Shown here piece by piece: positions 59,522 to 64,000 of a stretch of 64,000 nucleotides of DNA. A program made the position numbers and the translations under genes. Position 1 is the stretch's first letter; each line of letters starts with the position of its first letter. The notes under the pieces are model-generated. The model ran no database searches. It was not told the DNA's origin and saw only the letters and a list, made by a program, of their open reading frames with translations. This DNA comes from Methanobacteriota archaeon (GTDB lineage: Archaea; Methanobacteriota; Methanobacteria; Methanobacteriales; Methanobacteriaceae), in contig CAWBCJ010000025.1 in NCBI GenBank assembly GCA_963787255.1, forward strand, positions 310,398 to 374,397, in the 5' to 3' direction.

Positions 59522-60741
59522 TTGAATTTAGAAGGTAAAAATGTTCTAATAACTGGTGTAAGTGGATTTGTTGGTCCTTATTTAGTAGAAGAATTGAAGA
59601 AAAAAAATGCTAATATTTATGGGTTAGTAATGGAAAATTGTGAAGGAGCAAAATCAAAAAACTCAAGTGAATGTCGATTGAAGGGCAAAATTAATTTAGT
59701 TAGAGGTAATCTTGCTGATATAACTTCTTTAGCTAATGCAATAGATGAATCACAAGCAGATTTTATATTTCATCTTGCAGCGCAATCTTTTGTTCCAAGA
59801 TTTATTGAAAATCCCCTGGAAACACATGGGATTAATTGTTGGATGGAACAATTAATTTGCTTGAAGCGGTAGCGTATAAAGACAATGACTCGAAAATAAT
59901 TTTTGCAGGTTCCAGTGAAGAATATGGACTGGTCATTTCGTCTGAAGAACATTATGAAAGGCTTAAAAAGGAATATGGGACCATTTTTCCAGAACCGTTG
60001 ATGTTCCTGAGCTTCCTGTTAAAGAAAGTAATCCTTTAAGACCAATGTCTCCATATGCAGTTTCTAAAGTTTATGGAGATTATATTATGCAGAATTATCA
60101 TCATACTTATGGTCTTGATACTGTTGTTTCAAGGGCATTTAATCATGAAGGGGCAGGAAGAGGGTTGATGTTTGTTACATCTGTTATAACCAATCAGATA
60201 ATGCAGTTAAAGTCAGGGCAGATTGATAAAATTAAGTATTGGTAATGTAAATGCCTTCAAAGACTGGTCTCATGTAGATGATATTATTAATGGTTATTTA
60301 CTCCTTGCTGAAAAGGGTAAAAGTGGTGAAGTTTATAATCAAGGTTCCATGAGAACAAATTCTGTTTTGAGTTATATATTATTAGGCTTAGAAGGAAGCA
60401 GGATGGAATGTGGAAGAAATTAGAACATTTAATGACAATAAAATAGTTAAAGACCCTACTTTGATTGATAAAAGTGAAATTTATGGTGTTAAGTTTGAAA
60501 AAACAAAATAGATAAGATGATGCTTGAAGGAAACTTGGAATACACTATAAAAGACAAAGGAATAATTGTAAATACAGATAAGGGTAAAATTGTTGTTGAA
60601 TTCAATCCTGATAGGTTTAGACCATCTGATGTTCCGATCTTGTTATCCGATACTACAAAAATTCAAAAATTGGGATATAAAATGAATTACAGCTTGCAGA
60701 ACATTATAAATGACCAGCTGAATTATTTTATTAAAGAATGA
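59522..60741 (+). CDS. gmd: GDP-mannose 4,6-dehydratase (frameshifted)
   Basis: TGVSGFVG, HLAAQSFV, SSEEYG, SPYAVSK, FNHEG, KDWSH, FRPSDVP. Confidence 0.8.
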
Positions 60742-60820
60742 GAATTTATAGTTAAATAAAGGGATTTTTATTTAAATTATTTGAATCAGTTACATTTTAG
60801 CACTGTTAGGAATCGTGGTC

Positions 60821-61834
60821 ATGCCAATTTTAATAACTATAGGGATTATCGCCAAAAACGAGGCAAAATACATCGCTAGTACTCTTGAAACTCTTATTGA
60901 ACAGAGTTTTGATTCTTCATCATTTGAAATAATAGTTGTAGATGGTAATTCGGAGGATAGGACTCGTGAAATTGCTGATGAAGTGTTGAGTGCTTCAAAT
61001 GTTAGTTATAAAATTTTAAATGAGAAAGATTTTGGTTTTTATGGGCATTGTTTTGCAAGAAATCTGGTGATAGACCATTCAAGTGAAAGTTCAAAGTATA
61101 TTGCTTATACTGATGCTGATTGTATTGTGGATAATGAATGGCTTAAAACTTTGTATGAAAGCATTGAAGAAACTGGTGATGATATTGCTGGTGCTGGTGG
61201 GCCTAGGTTGATAGCTCCAACGGATAACAAGAAGGAATTGGTAATTAATCATTTTTTAACTTCTATTGTTGCTTCTGGGGGTAATCCTGCGTTTTCTGTG
61301 AGGAATGTTAAGTATTTAAAGAGTATTCCTAATTATAATGCGATTTATAAAAAAGGTGTGATAAGTAAATTTAGGTATGATGATAGTTTGATTATGTCTG
61401 ATGATACTGAGTTGAATTTGAGATTGGGGTTAGCTGGTTATAAGTTTATTTATGTTAGGGGTGCTAAGGTTTATCATAGGGAAACCAGTTCAATAAAGCA
61501 GTTTTCAAAAAATATGATTAGATATGGGGTAAATATAGCAAATGCCATTAAGAAACTTAGGTTATTTAAAATAAAGGTTTTTTTAACTATTTTATTTGTA
61601 TTCTATCTGGTTTTCTTAATTCTGTTATATTTATTATGGGGATGGATGGTTTTAATTCCTTTATTGCTTTATGTTGTGTATGCTGTTCTTGTTTTTGTAG
61701 AGGTGCTTTTTAAAACTAGGTCTGTTTATTTTTTGCTGGTTTTTCTGTTGGTGCCAATTCAGCATATTTTGTATGCATACGGTGTTCTTTATAATTTCTT
61801 GTTTATCAGGCCGGTGCATAGAAATAATATTTAG
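60821..61834 (+). CDS. GT2 glycosyltransferase with C-terminal TM helices
   Basis: VVDGNSED.T, ARN, YTDADC, SDD.E, V.H. Confidence 0.88.
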   Translation: MPILITIGIIAKNEAKYIASTLETLIEQSFDSSSFEIIVVDGNSEDRTREIADEVLSASNVSYKILNEKDFGFYGHCFARNLVIDHSSESSKYIAYTDADCIVDNEWLKTLYESIEETGDDIAGAGGPRLIAPTDNKKELVINHFLTSIVASGGNPAFSVRNVKYLKSIPNYNAIYKKGVISKFRYDDSLIMSDDTELNLRLGLAGYKFIYVRGAKVYHRETSSIKQFSKNMIRYGVNIANAIKKLRLFKIKVFLTILFVFYLVFLILLYLLWGWMVLIPLLLYVVYAVLVFVEVLFKTRSVYFLLVFLLVPIQHILYAYGVLYNFLFIRPVHRNNI

Positions 61835-62008
61835 GCAGTGGAATATTGGGTATTGGTTATGTTTTAGTGTGTTTAGTTATAACGTGGTGTAAGAATATTT
61901 ATGTGGAAATCAAATCTTTATAATATATAGTTATAGTATTTTATTTATCGGAAAGTTATTCTAGGAAATGTATTATCATAAATTATTTTTTAATATGGTG
62001 TACGAAAA

Positions 62009-62705
62009 ATGTTTTATTTTAGAGGCTGTGTAGCAAGAGAAAAACTTCAAAATATAGGAAAAGCAACAGAAGAGATACTAAAGCAAGCTGGAGTAGATTA
62101 TAAAATATTAGAAGACGAAAAATGCTGCGGATTATTTTTACTTAGAACTGGTTTTGTAGATGAAGCAAGGGAAGTTATGGAAAATACCTTAAAAGAAATT
62201 GGTGAAGAAAAGGTACTGGTTTCTTGTGCGGGATGCTATAAAACATTTAAAAAAGATTATAAAGAATTATTAGATGTTGAAATAGATGTTATACATACTT
62301 CAAATCTTTTTAATCAATTAATTGAAAATGGAAAAATAGATTTAGAATATGCGGATAAAAAAGTTACCTATCATGATCCTTGCCATTTGGGAAGGCATAT
62401 GGATGAATATGATGTTCCAAGGGATGTTATATCTAAAGCAGCGAATTTGGTTGAAATGAAACGTAATAGAGAAAAGTCAAGATGTTGTGGTGCGGGTGCA
62501 GGAGTTAAGATCAGCTTATCCCGAAATAACAGAAGAAATTGCTAAATCCCGCCTCGATGATGCAGAGAATGTTAACGTTGAAACAATTATTACTTCATGT
62601 CCCTTTTGTATATTAAACCTTAATTCTGTATGTTTAGACACTCAAAATGTTTTAGATTTAGCTGAATTCGTCTTAAAATCCTTGAAAAATCAAGAGGCCA
62701 TATAA
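62009..62705 (+). CDS. CCG-domain Fe-S protein (LutA/HdrB-like), frameshift near 62510
   Basis: [31 protein letters not shown]. Confidence 0.8.
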
Positions 62706-62706
62706 T

Positions 62707-63924
62707 ATGGATAAAAAATAATATAAAATCCTTACATAAGTCCTTTAAAATAATTAGAGACAGGAAAAGTAAGCTTTTAGAAGATGAAACAGAAGAGATA
62801 AGGGAACTTCAAGAAAGTGTGAAAAAAATAAGGGAATACAGTATCCGAAATCTTGATGAACTGGTTGAAATCGCGATAAATAAATTTGAAGAAAATGGAA
62901 TGGAAGTTATATTTGAGAAGATTCCAAAAAAGCGCTTGATGAGATTTACAAGATAATTGAAAATGAAGAAATAGTTGCAAAGTCTAAATCGAACACTATA
63001 AATGAAATAGAATTATCTGAGTTTTTAGAATCTAAAGGAATTGAGCTTGTAGAAACAGATCTGGGGAGATAGGATAGTTCAAATTGATCCTGATAGTTCA
63101 GGGCCTTCACATCCTATAGGGCCTGCAGCACATTTAGATTTAATGCAAATAGCTAAAATAGCTTCAAAGAAGTTTGGAAAACATGTTAAAGCTGAGCCAA
63201 GGGAAATTCTAGATCTAGTTAAGGAAGATGTTTTAGAAAGACTTTCAAAGTGCTCTGTAGGAATTACAGGTGCAAATTCAGTGGCTGCTATCGATGGTGC
63301 GCTTTTAATGGTTCATAATGAGGGAAATATTACTTTGGTGTCTATGAAGGATGTTCATATTGTTGTTGTGGGTATTGACAAGTTTGTTAGGACTGTTGAA
63401 GAAGCGGTGAGTGTTGTAAAGCTTGAAACGATATTTGCTACTGGGAAAAAGATTCCCGCTTACATGAATGTAATTTCATCACCTTCAAAGACTGCTGATA
63501 TAGAGCAGATACTCCTAAAAGAGATGTATGGTGCCAAAAGGGTGATAGTAATCCTTCTCGATAATGGGAGAAGTAAGCTTCTTGAAAACTATGAAGAATG
63601 TCTTTTATGATTGGCTGTGGTAGTTGTATTGTTTCATGTCCAGTGTATAATGTAACCGGTTATGAATTTGGCTATAAAAGCTATTTAGGCGGGCGAGGAA
63701 TATCATTCAGCCGTTTTATTAAGGATGAAAAAACTTGTTATGATTCAGGGCTCTTTAAGTGCACGGCATGTGGACAATGCACACTAGAATGCCCAGTTAA
63801 CATAAAAACCAACAAAATGATTGAGAAATTAAGGGCTGAATCTGTGAAGAAAGGTTTTTATCCTGATAAGCATTTTAAAACTGCAGAGAGAATTAAAAAG
63901 GGGGATCACCTTTTTAAACATTAA
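62707..63924 (+). CDS. LUD-domain 4Fe-4S protein (LutB-like), frameshifted
   Basis: [37 protein letters not shown], two ferredoxin Cys motifs. Confidence 0.8.
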
Positions 63925-64000
63925 TTTATACAATGATAATTAAAGTAAAGATGAAAGAGTTTAAATAATTTGGAGTATAATTTCTTACAAAAAAGAAATA

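Noticed and set aside
62009-63924. LutA/LutB-like genes as evidence of lactate use
   Set aside because: CCG and LUD domains do not specify a substrate, and no lactate permease or lutC is visible in the window.

Overview
AT-rich archaeal chromosomal segment. Pseudomurein-binding-repeat proteins, thermosome, archaeal NAC, tgtA, archaeal SecD/SecF and GGAGGTGA-type RBSs point to Methanobacteriales, probably Methanobacterium. It is mostly housekeeping and accessory genes: feoB with a DtxR-FeoA regulator, dapB, acs-satP, thermosome, pheT, pyrI, secDF, argC/argB/argJ, tgtA, nac, a glycosylation cluster (about 51-62 kb) and LutA/LutB-like Fe-S genes. Many genes are split by single-base indels, densest at 52.5-60.5 kb; these are most likely assembly errors. 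No rRNA, tRNA, CRISPR array or transposase was recognised. Best candidate for an undescribed system: a coupled trio at 43.6-46.7 kb of an Icc/CpdA-like phosphodiesterase, a Zc3h12a/NYN ribonuclease, and a membrane-anchored double-palm GGDD nucleotidyl-cyclase-like protein. This looks like a synthase/eraser/RNase-effector nucleotide-signalling module inside a tRNA-modification/NAC operon. Second candidate: a direct-repeat-flanked TetR-DUF169-MFS-dapB cassette whose DapB has an altered dinucleotide-binding loop. All family calls come from motif recognition by eye; no database searches were run.
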